DNA of 64,000 nucleotides from Mustelus asterias (GCF_964213995.1 NC_135806.1:107260001-107324000); one strand, 5' to 3'. Shown: positions 50,401 to 63,570, numbered from the stretch's first letter. Made by a program: numbers and translations. Notes: generated by a model from the letters alone, not told the origin.

Positions 50401-53400
50401 GCTGGCGTTGTTCTCCTTGGAACAGAGGAAGCTGAGGGGAGATTTGATTGAAAGGTGCAAAATTATGAGGGACTTGGATAGAATGGACAGGAAGGGCCTA
50501 TTTCTTTTAGCAGAGAGGTTAGTGACCACGGGGCATTAATTTAACGTGATTGAAGAGGAGTTGAGGAAATGATTTTCATCCAGAAGGTTGTGGGGTGTGG
50601 AACTCACTGCCTGAAAGGATAGTAGAGGCAGAAACTGTCAGTTAAATTAAAAGCTATCTGAAGTGTCGTTAACTGCAGGAACACAGGCCAAATGCTGGAA
50701 GGTGGGATTAGTGTGAGTGGGTGGCTGGTACAGGCAATGTGCTGCAAACTTTTTATGATTAAAACAGTGGGTTGTGTTCTGGCACCAACACTCTCTGCCA
50801 TATACTTAGAATCCTACAGGGCAGAAGGAGGCCATTCAGTCCATCGAGTCTGCACCGACCACAATCCCACCCAGGCCCTATCCCCATAACCCCATGCATT
50901 TACCCTAGTTAGTCTCCTGACACTAGGGTCAATTTAGCATGGCCAATCCACCTAACCCGCACATCCTAGGACTGTGGGAGGAAACCGGAGCACCTGGAGG
51001 AAACCCACACAGACACGGGGAGAATGTGCAAACTCCACACAGACAGTGATCCGAGCTGGGAATCGAATCCGGGTCCCTGGCGCTGTGAGGCAGCAGTGCC
51101 TCACTGTTCCACTCCTTCTCGTTGCTGCTGTCACATGACTTTGGGTAATCTACAGAGCATGTCTGCTTGCATACGAGAACTGACAGAAACCTGTTCAGCA
51201 GTGGTCAGCCAAGATCCATGAAAGGTGCACCAGGTCCTCAGAGTTACTCTACACTGATGATGCCACACTAACATTCCATTTTGAGGAACACCTTCAGTGA
51301 CAAATGAACAAACTCTCACATTTGGAAAGAGTTCGGTTTGACCAACAGCATCAGAAAGACAAATATCAAGTTCCAGAATGTTGCCATGCTGCCATCTATC
51401 AACATTGACTAAATGATGATGGCACTTATTGATAGCTTTAAATATCTAGGCTGTACAAATGTGACAGATGCCCTTTCAAAAGTCCATGATTGAACCTGCC
51501 TCAACCACACTCTTAGGCAGTGTATTCCAGTTCCTAACCACTTACTGCATGTAAAATATTTCTTCACGTTACTATTGCCTCTCTTGCCAGTCACCCTTTT
51601 TTTTCAATGTTGCTTACATCTTGCCCTCTTCTGCCAATTGGAACAGTTACTTTCTGTCTCCTCTTATATACAGACATAATGATTCTGAACTTTTCAGGAG
51701 ATGTGGGCTTCGCTGGCTGAGCCAGCATTTCTTGCTCATCTCTCATTGCACTTGAACTGAGTCAACTACATTGCTGTGGCTATGCAGTTGCATGTAGACC
51801 AAACCAGGTTAGGGTCGCAGATTTCTTTCCCTAAAGGACATTAGTGAATCGTATGGATTTTTACAACAATCAACAATGGTTTCATGGTCATCGATGACTT
51901 TTAATTCCAGATTTTTATTGAATTCACATTTCGCAATCTGCTGTGGTGGGATTTACACCCAGGTCCCCAGAGCATTACCCTGAGTCTCTGGATTACTCGT
52001 CCAGTGTCAATACCACTACGTCACCGCCTTCCCCATTCATGTAACTGAAGTCCCTCATCCCTTGAAACAATCTTGTGAATCTTTACTGCACCAGCTCCAA
52101 AGCCTTTGCGTCCTCCTTAAAGCATGGTGCCTAGAATTGGACACAATCCTTCAGTTGAGGCGGGACTAATATTTTATATATTGTTCTGATCGGGTTAGCA
52201 GTCATTAATACTTTAAAAACCAACTTTCTATACGTACCTATAAAAGACGAACAAAACAAGCACTATTAACTTAATGTGATTTATAACTCAGGTTTGTTTA
52301 CTACTGCCCCCAAGAATTCTCTTAAGACGCATGAATTTTAAAGTTATTTACATATGTAGTGACCACCCATAAGTATGCCAGGGACCTGGGTTCAATTCTG
52401 GCCTTGGGTGACTGTGTTGAGTTTGCACATTCTTCCTGTATCTACATGGGTTTCATCCAGGTGGTCCAGTTTCCTCCCACAGTCCAAAGATGTGCAGGTT
52501 AGGTTGATTGGGCATGCTTAGTTGCCCCTATGTGTCCCAAGATGTGTAGGTTGGGACGATTAGTGGGGTAAATATGTGGGCATAGGGCCTGCATAAAATG
52601 CTTTGTTGGAGAGTCGGTGCAGACTCAATGGGCCAAACGGCCTCCTTCTGCATTGTAGGGATTCTATGAGGTCTCGGTCTCTTGTTCTTGTTACTTTCCA
52701 AAGCTTCCAAGCTAATTGGCTGGTTACTTTCATTTGCAGTAAGGCACTGTAAGGCTTCTTGTAGATTCTCCTGCTAGCTTCAGACTAGGCAATCTTCCAG
52801 CTTCTGTTCTCCACAAACTTCAAACTGAGATTAAACCTCACCTGTCTTCCATGGGGTCAGCGATGAAGTTAGCTCACAGGACGGGTCTTTCTAACTGTCA
52901 TTTATTTTGACTACTTTCTTTGTGAGCTGCAAACCAGCTGAGGTTCAAACTGAAACTAAAAACTTCTCCCAGCAAACACACACATAGATAACCTAAAACT
53001 ACAAAGCCTTCCTAAACACCAGCCACCTCCATGACAATATACCCTGCTCTGAGCTATCCTCAAACCTATTTCTAACTTAATTATCTCTCATTTATAAATT
53101 CTGCAACTAAATAAGCCCACCTGATGTTTTATAGACTTCTCTTTTTTTATTCTGACTTTATTAAACAAACTTGGGTAACCTTCCGGACTGCCAGTTCTTT
53201 AGGTGTTCTGACAATCACTAAAGCCTAACATTTTAATTGCCCTACCTTCACAACAACAATGTTTCCAGAGCGAGATGTTAACCTAACTATTAACATGAAA
53301 CCATGAACTTGTATATTCACAATTGATTCATCATAACTTCCTTGCTTCTGTACTCTGTCCCCTTGCATATGAAAGCCAGAGTCCTGTACACCTTTTAAGT

Positions 53401-56400
53401 TGCTTTCTCAACCTGCCCTGCTAGATTTGTGTACACATTCCCCTCGGGTCTCTCTGTTCCTGCCTTCCCTTTGATTGCTGCAAATCACATTTGTGTGTGC
53501 AGTGAGCAAAAGGAATAGGCCATTTTCCCTTGTACGGTAATGCTTAATATCACTATCTGACTCTGTAATTTTACTTGCCCATTCCATTGTAAACCAGTTC
53601 CCATAATGTTTTCATCATTTACTCCTTAATAGTGGTGTATACAAAAGTGTACCATGTGAAAGTATATTTTTCCCTTTTTCCCCTTTGGTCAGTTTTGTCC
53701 CCTCTTTTATAAGGCCAATTGTAATGTCCTTTTTAAAAATTCATTCGTGGGACCGTGTGTCGCTGGCTGGCCAGCATTTATTGCCCATCCCTAGCTGCCA
53801 CCATCCTGGTTAAAACCAGCCGGCTCCGCACAAAGTCTTGGGACTTGCTGGTCCTTGTAGTTCAGGTATTTGCTTCCTAACCAGTTGAGCTGTTGGGGAG
53901 TTTATGAAAACAAACTGATCACGATTACTTCTAACTTTCTAAAGGAGAATCAACCCATTCCTCTTGCAATGTAATGTGGTATTTACTTGCTGCTTTATTT
54001 GGAGTTTGAAATTTAATGGCAATAGCGTTCTGTAAATTTCTCTAACATATGAATCTTAATTGAGCCAACATATGCTTTCATATCAAAGGGTAGTTCCATC
54101 TTATTACTAACGGGTGCTGCGGGTACCGGCAAGACTGCTACGATACAAGTTCTTGTGAAGGAGCTGGGAATTCAGCTGCTGGAATGGACAAACCCTTTAT
54201 CAGAAAACAAATTTAAAAACCACGATGAATTTAAAGAGCGCTTTAATCATGGTAAGAGCAGATTTTGGTAAATTGTATATGTTGTTCAGAGACACTGACC
54301 TAATTGTCGCATTGCTGTGCAAGTTCATGGAGTTCAGACCAAGAATTGAAACTGAAATGTTTATTCATTCTGTGTAACTTAGTTCTTCTAGCAACTGAGG
54401 GGAAACTTTTTTTAAAAACATATGAATCCTCAAGACAGTGCTGTTGTTAATCACACACATGCAAGATTACATCACAAAATAGATTCTAGTTTTATAGTTT
54501 TTAATGTGCAAAGTGTAATGTATTGCAATTTTTCTTTACCCATTTAGTTTATTTGATCATAAATGTATCCACTGGCCCAATAATATCCATGGCGTTTATG
54601 ACAACAAATGTGAGCATGGGGAAGCTGAAAACTAGAAGTGGAGGCAATATGCGAAGGAATTGTGAACAGTTTCAAATTGTTGGTTGATCTCCTAATGCGG
54701 TATAGGGGAGTATAAAGGAAAGTCATGTTAAGGCCGTTAACAGATCATCCATGATCTTACCATGTGGCAAGCAGGCTTGAGGGGCTGAGTGGCCTAATCC
54801 TCTTGCTAGTTTGTAAGTTTAATTTTGCCCAATTATTGTTTTGAAAAAACAATCTGTTTTCTGACAATCCTCAGGTAGTTGATGTGATCTTGTCTATAGT
54901 GAGATCAACTCATGTGTGGTGTGTTTAAGCAATGAGAGGTTACAGATCTCCATTATCACCATTTTTTGAAAAGAAGGATTGGCTAAGATTCTGCCTTGGG
55001 GCAGAATGACAATGAATAATAATAGTAATTTAGAACTAATTTTAGTCCCAATTTCAATACCAGATAGTAATTCGGCGGAATCCTTAATAGTTTGTTTCTG
55101 TCTTCAGTAAAGCACTTCTAGTTTCTCACATCCTTATATCTCAAAGTTTTTTTTTAAAGTTTATTTATTAGTCACAAGTAAGGCTTACATTAACATCACA
55201 ATGAAGTTACTGTGAAATTCCCCTTGTCGCCATACTCCGGCGCCTGTTTGGGTCACTGCACCTAACCAGCGTGTCTTTCAGACTGTGGGAGGAAACCGGA
55301 GCATCCGGAGGAAACTCATCCAGGGAGAACGTGCAAACTCCACACAGACAGTGACCCAAACTGGGAATCGAGCCCGGGTCCCTGATGCTGCGAGGCAGCA
55401 ATGCCAGCCGCTGTGCCGCCCCATATCACCAAATCTTTGTCAGTAATAATGCTACTCATCAGGCAAAATGTGTTTCCTTCATCTTTTTGGCTTCCTCTTC
55501 AATGCTGATCCTGCTCACCAAGCTGAAAAGGAGCCTTACAACTTACATACCATGAAGACTTTGGTCATTTAGAAATTCGGTGCTTCCAAACATAAAGTCT
55601 TGGATGTACAATGACACACATCCTTTATGTTAATAAGTATAAACTGTACTTATTGAGTTTGCACATTCTCCTCGTGTCTGCGTGGGTTTCCTCTGGGTGC
55701 TCCGGTTTCCTCCCACAGTCCAAAGATGTGTACTTATTGAATAGAATGTGAACTTCAGTTTTCACCAATCTATATAAATATATCCTTTGATTTACTTCAG
55801 AACCAAGTTTTCAGATATATGCCAGCAAGTCACAGTCTATTCTATTTCAAGAATTTTTATTGCGAGCCAACAAATACAGAAAGCTCCAGATGCTAGGAGA
55901 CGGACTACAGACAGACAAAAAACTGATTCTTGTGGAAGTGAGTACAATTTTTTTTGAATTCCTTGTTCATTAGGCAAAGAGTTAACCCTTGAAGCAATGT
56001 CCCTATTTGCTAAGGGGTGGGGTATTAATCCTTTGAGTAATGTCATGAAATATTTGTCAGAACAGTAATATGTTCCTGAAATAGTGCACCTTTTATGCCT
56101 CCATCTTATTCATTCCAGTTTTTCAAATGTTGGCTTTTGAAATATGCATGTTCTGTGCTCAGTCAAAGTATTAATTCTAGATTGAGACAGTTCGGTTTTC
56201 GAAGAAATATAAAAATGTTGATTATTCAATACCGTTGAGGTTGTTTGAACTTTACACTGGATATCAGACTTTTCTGTTTATTTCGATGAAATTAAATATA
56301 CTGTTTTATTAATCACTCTTATTTCTTTCTTAATAGGATATGCCTAATCAGTTTTATAGAGAACCTTCATGCATGCATGATATCTTACGGTACGTTTTTC

Positions 56401-59400
56401 AAAAATTATTGAGCACTGAAAAGAATACTTATTTGTCGAATAAACTGATCAATTTTCAGCTTTCTAACCAACACCTCTACAAGTACTAAGCAGTAGGTAT
56501 ATAATTGCCATTCAGACAATTCTAACATATAGAAATCAAAAACATGAGGGTCATTTTCTTATTGAGTGCTCCTGGCAAGGTGGTCAACAGGAACAGCACT
56601 ACAGTTTTCACTGTGCGGGTTAGGTCGATTGGCCAGGTTAAAAAAAAATTGCCCCTTAGAGTCCTAAGATGCGTAAGTGAGAGGGATTAGCGGGTAAATA
56701 TGTGGGGGTAGGGCCTGGGTGGGATTGTGGTCGGTGCAGACTCGATGGGCCGAATGGCCTCCTTCTGCACTGTAGGGTTTCTATGATTTCTATGATTCTT
56801 TAAAATTACACACAATTCAAAGACACAATCCGGACTCCAAAGTGCATTTCACAGCCTTAAAACTAATAGTCTTGTTTACATTTTAAGATTTGTGAATTGT
56901 TCTTTGATCTACATCCTCTTTAGCTATGGAATGATAAAATAGTATAACACAGAATGATATTATTCAGCCCATCAAGTTTGTTTCCAGTGTACTGGCACAA
57001 TCTCCTATTACAAGCATTTTTTATAATAAATATGTAACACTTACATTGTGGAAGAAGAGTTTTAAAATGTTTTTTTTCCTTTATACTTTTTCTAGGAGGT
57101 TTAAGCAAACAGCAAGATGTCCACTTGTGTTCATCATTTCTGATAGTATAAGTGGAAACAGCAGCCACCGGTTACTCTTCCCTAAAGATATCCAGGAGGA
57201 ATTGGGTATCTTTAATATCAGGCAAGTACTAATAGAGCTGCTAATGACAAATTTATGTTTAGGTGAAGGTGTATACACCTTTTATCTTTTATAGTTTTAA
57301 AACCCTAGAAATAAGAATACATTAAAATAAGCACGTTGTGATCTGAAGTTAAAAAATGTTTAAATATTTTAAATCTCATTGTTCATAGAAATGATTGGCA
57401 AATTCTAATATGCTCACCAGCAACAGTAAGTTATTAGTTACGAAGTCCCCATTGTTACTATGAAAGGGAGCAATTTTCTCTCCTGCCTATCATCACTGCT
57501 GATTGGATAGTGTTTCACTTTTGATGGCAATCTTCCAAGAGTCTTTCCCACATCTCACTTCTTCATGTGTGGCCTTGACAATGGTGTTGGCAGGCTGACC
57601 AACTATGAAAAGCATTGCAGCCAAGTCTGTCACCATAGGAGCAGGAGTATGGCCCCTCAAGTCTGCTCTGCCATTTATTTCAATCACGGCTGATTCATCT
57701 TATGCCTCAATTCCCTGTATCCATTGATTTTTTTTTCCCCCAAGAGGAAAATATTTTTGAAAATTTTGGATAATTTCTTGAAATGCTTCTCACTGTTTAT
57801 TTCCATTCTAGTTAAGGTTTTACTAATTAACAACCTGACAACTTGAATATGCCCTGCTTATCCCTGCTGTCTGTTAACCAATCCTCTGTCCACGCTAATA
57901 TATTATCCCCTCCCCCCACAGCTCTGTGAGCATTTGTCTTGCCTATTAACCTATTTTTGTGACACCTTCAAGAATGCCATATGAAAATCCATGTATATTA
58001 CATATTCTAACTCCGCTTTATCTATCATGTTGGCCACTTTCTCAAAAAAAACTTACTTTGCCAAACATGATTTCCCTTTCATAAAATCATATTTTATTGA
58101 CAGTGGTTAGCACTGCTGCCTCACAGCACGCCAGGGACCCAGGTTCAATTCCTGGCTTGGATCATTGTCTGTGCGGAGCCTGCACGTTCTCCCCGTGTCT
58201 GCGTAGGATTCCCCCAGGTTTCCTCCCACAGTCTGAAAGACTTGCTGTTTAGGTACATTGGCCATGTTAAATTCTCCCTCATGTACCCAAACAGGTGCCA
58301 GAGTGTGGTGACTAGGGGATTTTCACAGTAATTTCATGGCCGTGTTAATGTAAGCCTACTTGTGACACTAATAAATAAATTTAACTACATTTGCTCATTC
58401 CTCATGATAGTTTCTCCTGTCTGTGCCTCTGAAGTGCCAATATTTATATTAGCTACTCCCCTCTTTTATATACTTGGAAAAGCTTTTACAATCTGTTTTT
58501 AGATTCCTGTTTTGGTACTCAAATAATTTTTTTCTCCCTACTTTTTGATGTCTCGTTGATTTCTAAAATTCTGCCAGTCTTGCTACTGTTCTTCCAAACG
58601 TTATCAGCCTTTTATTTTAATCAAATAATCTCCTTCGTAAGCCATGGATCAATCTTTCTCAATGAGTTTGTTTTTTTTTAATGGAAAGAATTTCTGAATC
58701 ATTTCTTTAAACATTTCCCACAGTGTATTTGCTGCCATACCTTTTGAGGCTATTTACTCAATCAACTTCAGCCAGCCAACCCCTCCAATTTGAACGCGTT
58801 TTCATCCAATGTCAATTTATGCACTTCAATAGGATTCAAGATCACAAGCAGCAAATTCCTGATTTTTTTTTTTCGTCATCCCTCTCTCTCTTGTTCCGAG
58901 GTCAGTTCTGTCACCCTCATTCGTTATTAATGACTAAAATTAGTTTGTTTAGCCTTGACCAGGGATGGAACCCTGCAAACTGCTGATCTGCATGGTTCAG
59001 TCACACTTAATAAAAAGACACGAGGAGAGCTCATCAAATGTCTATTCGTTGAAGTTAAACCTTGTTGCACACAGAAAGCTGACAAAATTGAATTCCAACT
59101 CAAGATTTGGAATTCAAGTGGCACAGTGGTTAGCACTACTGCCCCACAGTGCCTGGGACCCAGGTTTGATTCTGGCCTTGGGTCACTGACTGTGTGGAGT
59201 TTGCATGTTCTCCCCGTGTCTGTGTGGGTTTCCTCCGGGTGCTCCGGTTTCCTTTCACACTCCAAAGCTGTGCAGGTTAGGTTGATTAGTCATGATCAAT
59301 TGCCCCTCAGTGTCAGGGGGACTAGAAATGTAAATATGTAGGGTTACAGCAGTCGGACCTGGATGGCATTGCTGTCAGTGTAGGTTCGATGGGCCAAATG

Positions 59401-62400
59401 GCCTCCTTCTGCACTGTAGATTCCGTGAAGACTTTGTTTAATTTCCACATTGCCATAATCTATTGAATTGAACATATTCCTTTTATCTTATTTGACAGTT
59501 TTAATCCTGTGGCTCCCACAAACATGTTGAAAGTTTTAAATAGGATAGCTTCTCAAGAGGCCAGTAAGGTAAGTGCTCTTTTAACACAGAGTTAAGTTTT
59601 TGAGTTTGCTCCCTTCTTTCTCTGAAAATAATTATTTTGGAATGTTTCTTTAAGTGCCTGCAGCTCTCTAATGCTTATGAAGCTTGGTGGCAAGTGTTGG
59701 CAGATAATTGACTGTGGGCAGCATTGACATGCCGAACCATCCCCATAGAATTCAAAAAATGCATTTTACACCAGGTGTCACTGGACAGTGATCAGGTGCA
59801 GCTGGATAGTTACTGCAGAGCCTTCTGCAGCTTGTTACAAAATAACTTGTAGAAGAAAGGAATCTTAATATTGGAAGTTGGCATATTTTCTTATTTGCAC
59901 ACAACATTTTGTCCACTTTATATTCCACAGCTTTTTCCCTAAGCTTGGATTTCCAACCCCCCCCTGCCCAATCATGTCAACTGATTCCTGAGTGCATCTA
60001 AGCTTTTGCTTGCCTGGAAGACCATTTCACTGTTGTTTGCTGATTGCATGAAGATGTTCTTCCTGACAACTTTTCTAAGCTTCTCTTTCATCCTCTTAAC
60101 CTATGTCCAACTTTTGGTTTTGTTCTTGTATCGTGGGATATCTAGTAGCAATGATTTGGAGTAACCTAGTCTATGTTGTTTTCATACTTTATATATTTCT
60201 TGACGAACACTTGTTCAGCTACCTCCCTTCAGGACTGATGAACGCACAATTTATCTAAAGTTTCCAGCAACTCAATCCTTCAAAATTAAACATCAGCTCC
60301 AAGACTCCTCTTGGCATAACTTCTGTGACTTCAAGTTTATCTTTTGATTGCCAATAATTAACACAAAACTCGAAGAAGCAGTGATCTGTCCTGGGTTATG
60401 ATTCCGTAGATTCTGGCAGCTCTCTGGTACTTCATGGAAGTGAACATTGTTATAGAGCCTTCACAGTGAGAGTCAGCAGGCTGTTTATCAGTAAGGAGTT
60501 TTTTTTAATTCATTCGTGGGACTGAACGGACTCTCCATCAATGTCACTGGAAAGAACTTCAGGTGGTCACAGAAAATATCTACTCAAGTTTGTTTCTTGT
60601 GTAATCATTCAGTATTGTAACATTCGACAAATCAGACTCTGCTTTTATGAGGCATTTTGAATGAAAACACCTTCCTTTAAGTAACAAAAATAATCTGAAA
60701 ACAAATAATTTAGTTACAGATGTCTTATGAGTAATAGTGAATTTTCAGTTTCTGGACCAAGTGACAAAGCAAATTCAAATGCTAATAGAATTCTTGAAAG
60801 GTATCGAGAGCAAAATTATGCTGAGGATTTACAGTGACCTAATCAGGCCACACTTGGAAGTGCTAAATTCAGTCTGGGTACCATATCTTAAAGAACAAAG
60901 AGAACAAAGAAAATTACAGCACAGGAACAGACCCTTCAGCCCTCCAAACCTGCACCGACCATGCTGCCTGTCTGAACTAAAACCCCCTACCCTTCCGGGG
61001 ACCATAATCCCTCTATTCCCATCCTATTCATATATTTGTCAAGATGCCCCTTGAAAGTCACTATCGTATCCGCTTCCACTACCTCCCCCGTCAGCGAGTT
61101 CCAGGCACCCAACACCCTCTGTGTAAAATAATGATATATTGGTGTAGATACAGAGAAAAACAGACCTGATTCCAAATTTAACAGATTTACGCTTTGAGGA
61201 GAAAAATGGGACTAGTCTATCAGTAATAAATCTGTATCTCTGATCAGAACTGCTTTTGTTATTACTTGTATGTGCTTCACACGGGCTTCTTGTCAATATG
61301 TTGTTAGAATTACATTTTGCATATCCTTCTCAACTCTGCGAATACAAGTTCAAGACAATGATTATTGAGGCAATGTCAATATTTTTTACAAAATGGATAT
61401 CTTGTGCTCAATTATGTGTTGATATGCAGCTAATGTTATACGATCAGCTCCACGTATTGATGTTAACCAGCCCATACATTGGGTGGTGAGATCCGATATC
61501 TTTTGCAAAAAATAGGAACAGTTAATTATTTTGCTTTATACCCTGCTATATAGAACGATGGGAAGACTATTGTTCCAGACAGGACTGTATTGGAGATGCT
61601 CTGTAAGGGCAGCGCAGGAGATATAAGAACTGCAATAAACAGCCTCCAGTTTACTTCTGTGAAAGGTAATTTAGTTAAATTAACTTCTGCTTTTTAACAA
61701 TGCAGAATTAGTAAATTAATACTTTAATATTTGGGACAAAGTTTTGTATTCATCATGGATTTTGGAACCCAGCTTATTGTAAACAATTAAATAGGGGCTG
61801 GATTTTATGAGCGCTGTGGTCCCTGCCCCCAACCTCTGGCTTAAAAAATGTGAGGGGAGCCCACCATAATTGATAGGCCCATAATAGACGGGAGGAAGAA
61901 CTTCCAACCCTTTGGGGACAGGAAGTTCTGCCTCATGGTCTGCTGGACAATGATGTGGGGGGGGCTGTGTGTGCGTGCGTGTGTGTGCGCGCGTGGGCGC
62001 GATGGGCAGATCACCCAGTTGATCTTCCCCCAATTTGGACTGTACTATCCAGCCCAAAGTAGATTGTAGTGAACCTAGAAGTTTTAGTTGTGGAATTTGT
62101 TTTTTAAAAAGTGAAATTGGCAATTTCCCATTGAAAGTTGAGACCAAGTGTAGTCTTCAAGTGATGTGAAGTTGGCAAGGAATGGGACCAGGGTGCACAG
62201 ACGTAGTTCAGCCCCTCCTTTTAAAGTCATGCATTCTGCCTTTATTTTTATTCAATATTTTGTTTTATTTCCACCAAAATGGCAAAACTTGAGGCATTTT
62301 GGTAAGTAGAGGTAGAGTTGGTTGGAGCACAGGCACAGTGCAGGTTGAAGAACTGAAGTTGCAAAGATCAGGTGCTACAGCATCAAATGTAGGCAAGGGT

Positions 62401-63146
62401 TGTAATTAGTAGATGACATGTTAATGTAGACAGTTTCTATTCTCCTGTGGCAGCGATGTGGATGGTACAATTTGTTTCAGTTTACCTGAGTTAGGAAGCA
62501 TAAGAGTAAATCAGTTCTGCTTCTGATCACTTCACAATCGTACCTGCTACAAAGGTATCTAGGAATTGAATGAGACATAATGAGCTGTGACTGTTTCCAC
62601 ATATTTGAAGTTCGGTGACTTTGCTTGAGCTCCTGTTAAGAGGGGAAAGTAGAAAAATTGGAATGATTACCATGTAGCATCGATTATATGATTGTAATGT
62701 GACTCTTCCAGTCATGAACTCGCTGTAAACTCCACCACTTCAAATTGTTTATGTAAAACCTTAAACCTAAAATGTGGAACATGTTTAAGGTACTTGTGTA
62801 CAATAGATTTTAAAGTGATGATACTGTTGTTTTAATTGGTTACATTCCATATAATTATTTCTTTAGATTTGTACTGCAGCATATTCCATATCTGCAGTAT
62901 CTCTATGTATGTCTGTGTGCATATTAACAAGGTAATCTTTTGACAACTCAGGTTGCCCATTGGGACAATATCAGACACAGAACCATAAAGGAAAACCTTT
63001 ACTCAAAGCGGGCAAATCTTCAAGAGGAAAATATAAAGAAAAATCTTCAAAGACAAATGAAAAGGGAGGTGGCCTGACCACCATTGGAAGCAAGGACCAA
63101 TCTCTCTTCCTGTTTCGAGCGCTGGGAAAAATAATTTATTGTAAAC
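44362..63146 (+). CDS. RAD17: Cell cycle checkpoint clamp loader RAD17, 5' part. join(44362..44406,46563..46844,48665..48745,54089..54251,55801..55937,56337..56389,57096..57221,59499..59568,61554..61665,62952..63146); continues beyond window end
   Basis: In-frame splice product contains EPWVDEYRPQTQSELAVHKKKIEEV, Walker A GAAGTGKT, Walker B-like LILVEDMPNQF, sensor GDIRTAINSLQF and KDQSLFLFRALGKIIYCKR. Confidence 0.97.
46563..46844 (+). CDS. RAD17: RAD17 coding exon 2
   Basis: VTNWVNPSFD...NEPWVDEYRPQTQ|gtatgt. Confidence 0.95.
48665..48745 (+). CDS. RAD17: RAD17 coding exon 3
   Basis: SELAVHKKKIEEVENWLKAHTTETHLQ|gtgag. Confidence 0.96.
49810..51460 (+). mobile_element. RTE-clade LINE remnant interrupted by CR1 (~49990-50710) and HE1 (-, ~50805-51105)
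   Basis: IDLTNAF...LLEKIDVP...FFHDNMLGKVSYDGATS, then GCVLAPTL at ~50770, then FGLTNSIRKTNI at ~51333. Confidence 0.7.
50805..51105 (-). mobile_element. HE1 V-SINE, CR1/HER1-type tail
   Basis: Homology to the 1808 copy. Confidence 0.88.
52182..53321. mobile_element. LTR-like insertion (TG...CA) splitting a CR1 fragment; contains HE1 at ~52374-52668
   Basis: CR1 minus-strand sequence ...ttttatata / gattcatcataacttccttg is interrupted here. No clear TSD. Confidence 0.45.
54089..54251 (+). CDS. RAD17: RAD17 coding exon 4 (Walker A)
   Basis: GSSILLLTGAAGTGKTATIQVLVKELGIQLLEWTNP...FNH|gtaag. Confidence 0.95.
55143..55421 (-). mobile_element. HE1-head SINE with alternative tail
   Basis: Homologous to the 21012 copy. 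Confidence 0.85.
55655..55730 (+). mobile_element. Internal HE1 core fragment flanked by a 12-bp direct repeat
   Basis: tgtacttattga at 55645-55656 and 55729-55740. Confidence 0.9.
55801..55937 (+). CDS. RAD17: RAD17 coding exon 5
   Basis: EPSFQIYASKSQSILFQEFLLRANKYRKLQMLGDGLQTDKKLILVE|gtgag. Confidence 0.96.
56337..56389 (+). CDS. RAD17: RAD17 coding exon 6
   Basis: DMPNQFYREPSCMHDILR. Confidence 0.95.
56612..56797 (+). mobile_element. 5'-truncated young HE1 (3' half)
   Basis: Matches ~1969-2144 of the full-length copy. Confidence 0.9.
57096..57221 (+). CDS. RAD17: RAD17 coding exon 7 (followed by a GC donor)
   Basis: RFKQTARCPLVFIISDSISGNSSHRLLFPKDIQEELGIFNI(S), donor AG|GCAAGT. Confidence 0.93.
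58099..58383 (+). mobile_element. HE1-head SINE with alternative tail
   Basis: Homologous to the 35272 copy. Confidence 0.85.
59118..59420 (+). mobile_element. HE1 V-SINE, CR1/HER1-type tail
   Basis: Head, core and gggccaaatggcctccttctgcactgtag tail; ends ~80 nt upstream of a RAD17 exon. Confidence 0.88.
59499..59568 (+). CDS. RAD17: RAD17 coding exon 8
   Basis: FNPVAPTNMLKVLNRIASQEASK|gtaag. Confidence 0.96.
60740..61128. mobile_element. CR1 fragments (+ old ~60740-60890, - young 3' end ~60892-61128)
   Basis: FTQRVLGAWNSLTGEVVEADTIVTFKGHLDKYM on the minus strand. Confidence 0.8.
61554..61665 (+). CDS. RAD17: RAD17 coding exon 9
   Basis: NDGKTIVPDRTVLEMLCKGSAGDIRTAINSLQFTSVK|gtaat. Confidence 0.96.
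62952..63146 (+). CDS. RAD17: RAD17 coding exon 10
   Basis: GCPLGQYQ...TIGSKDQSLFLFRALGKIIYCK|gtaag. Confidence 0.93.
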
Positions 63147-63289
63147 GTAAGTTGAACAAACTTGTGACAGATCTGTTTGAATGGGTCAGTTTGCAGCATA
63201 TTCATTATCTAGTTGTAGAGTTTAGTCTACAAATTTTACAATATAGAATCCACAGAATCCCGACGGAGTTCTGTGGATTCTCTTTCAGA

Positions 63290-63570
63290 GAGTCTGTGCA
63301 GACGGAGGCCATTCAGCCCATGGAGTTTGCACAGACTCTCTGAAAGAGTATCTTACCCAGGCCCGTCCTCCAGCTGTAACCCCGTGCATTTACCATGGCT
63401 AATCAACCTAACCCACGCATCTTTGGACTGTGGGAGAAAACTGGAGCACCCAGAGGAAATCCATACCAACACTGGGAGAATGTGCAAACTCCACACTGAC
63501 AGTCACCCAAGGCCAGAATCAAAGCCTGGTACATGGCACTGAGAGGCACCAATGCTAACCATTGTGCACC
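63290..63570 (-). mobile_element. HE1 V-SINE, older copy
   Basis: Homology to the other copies. Confidence 0.85.
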
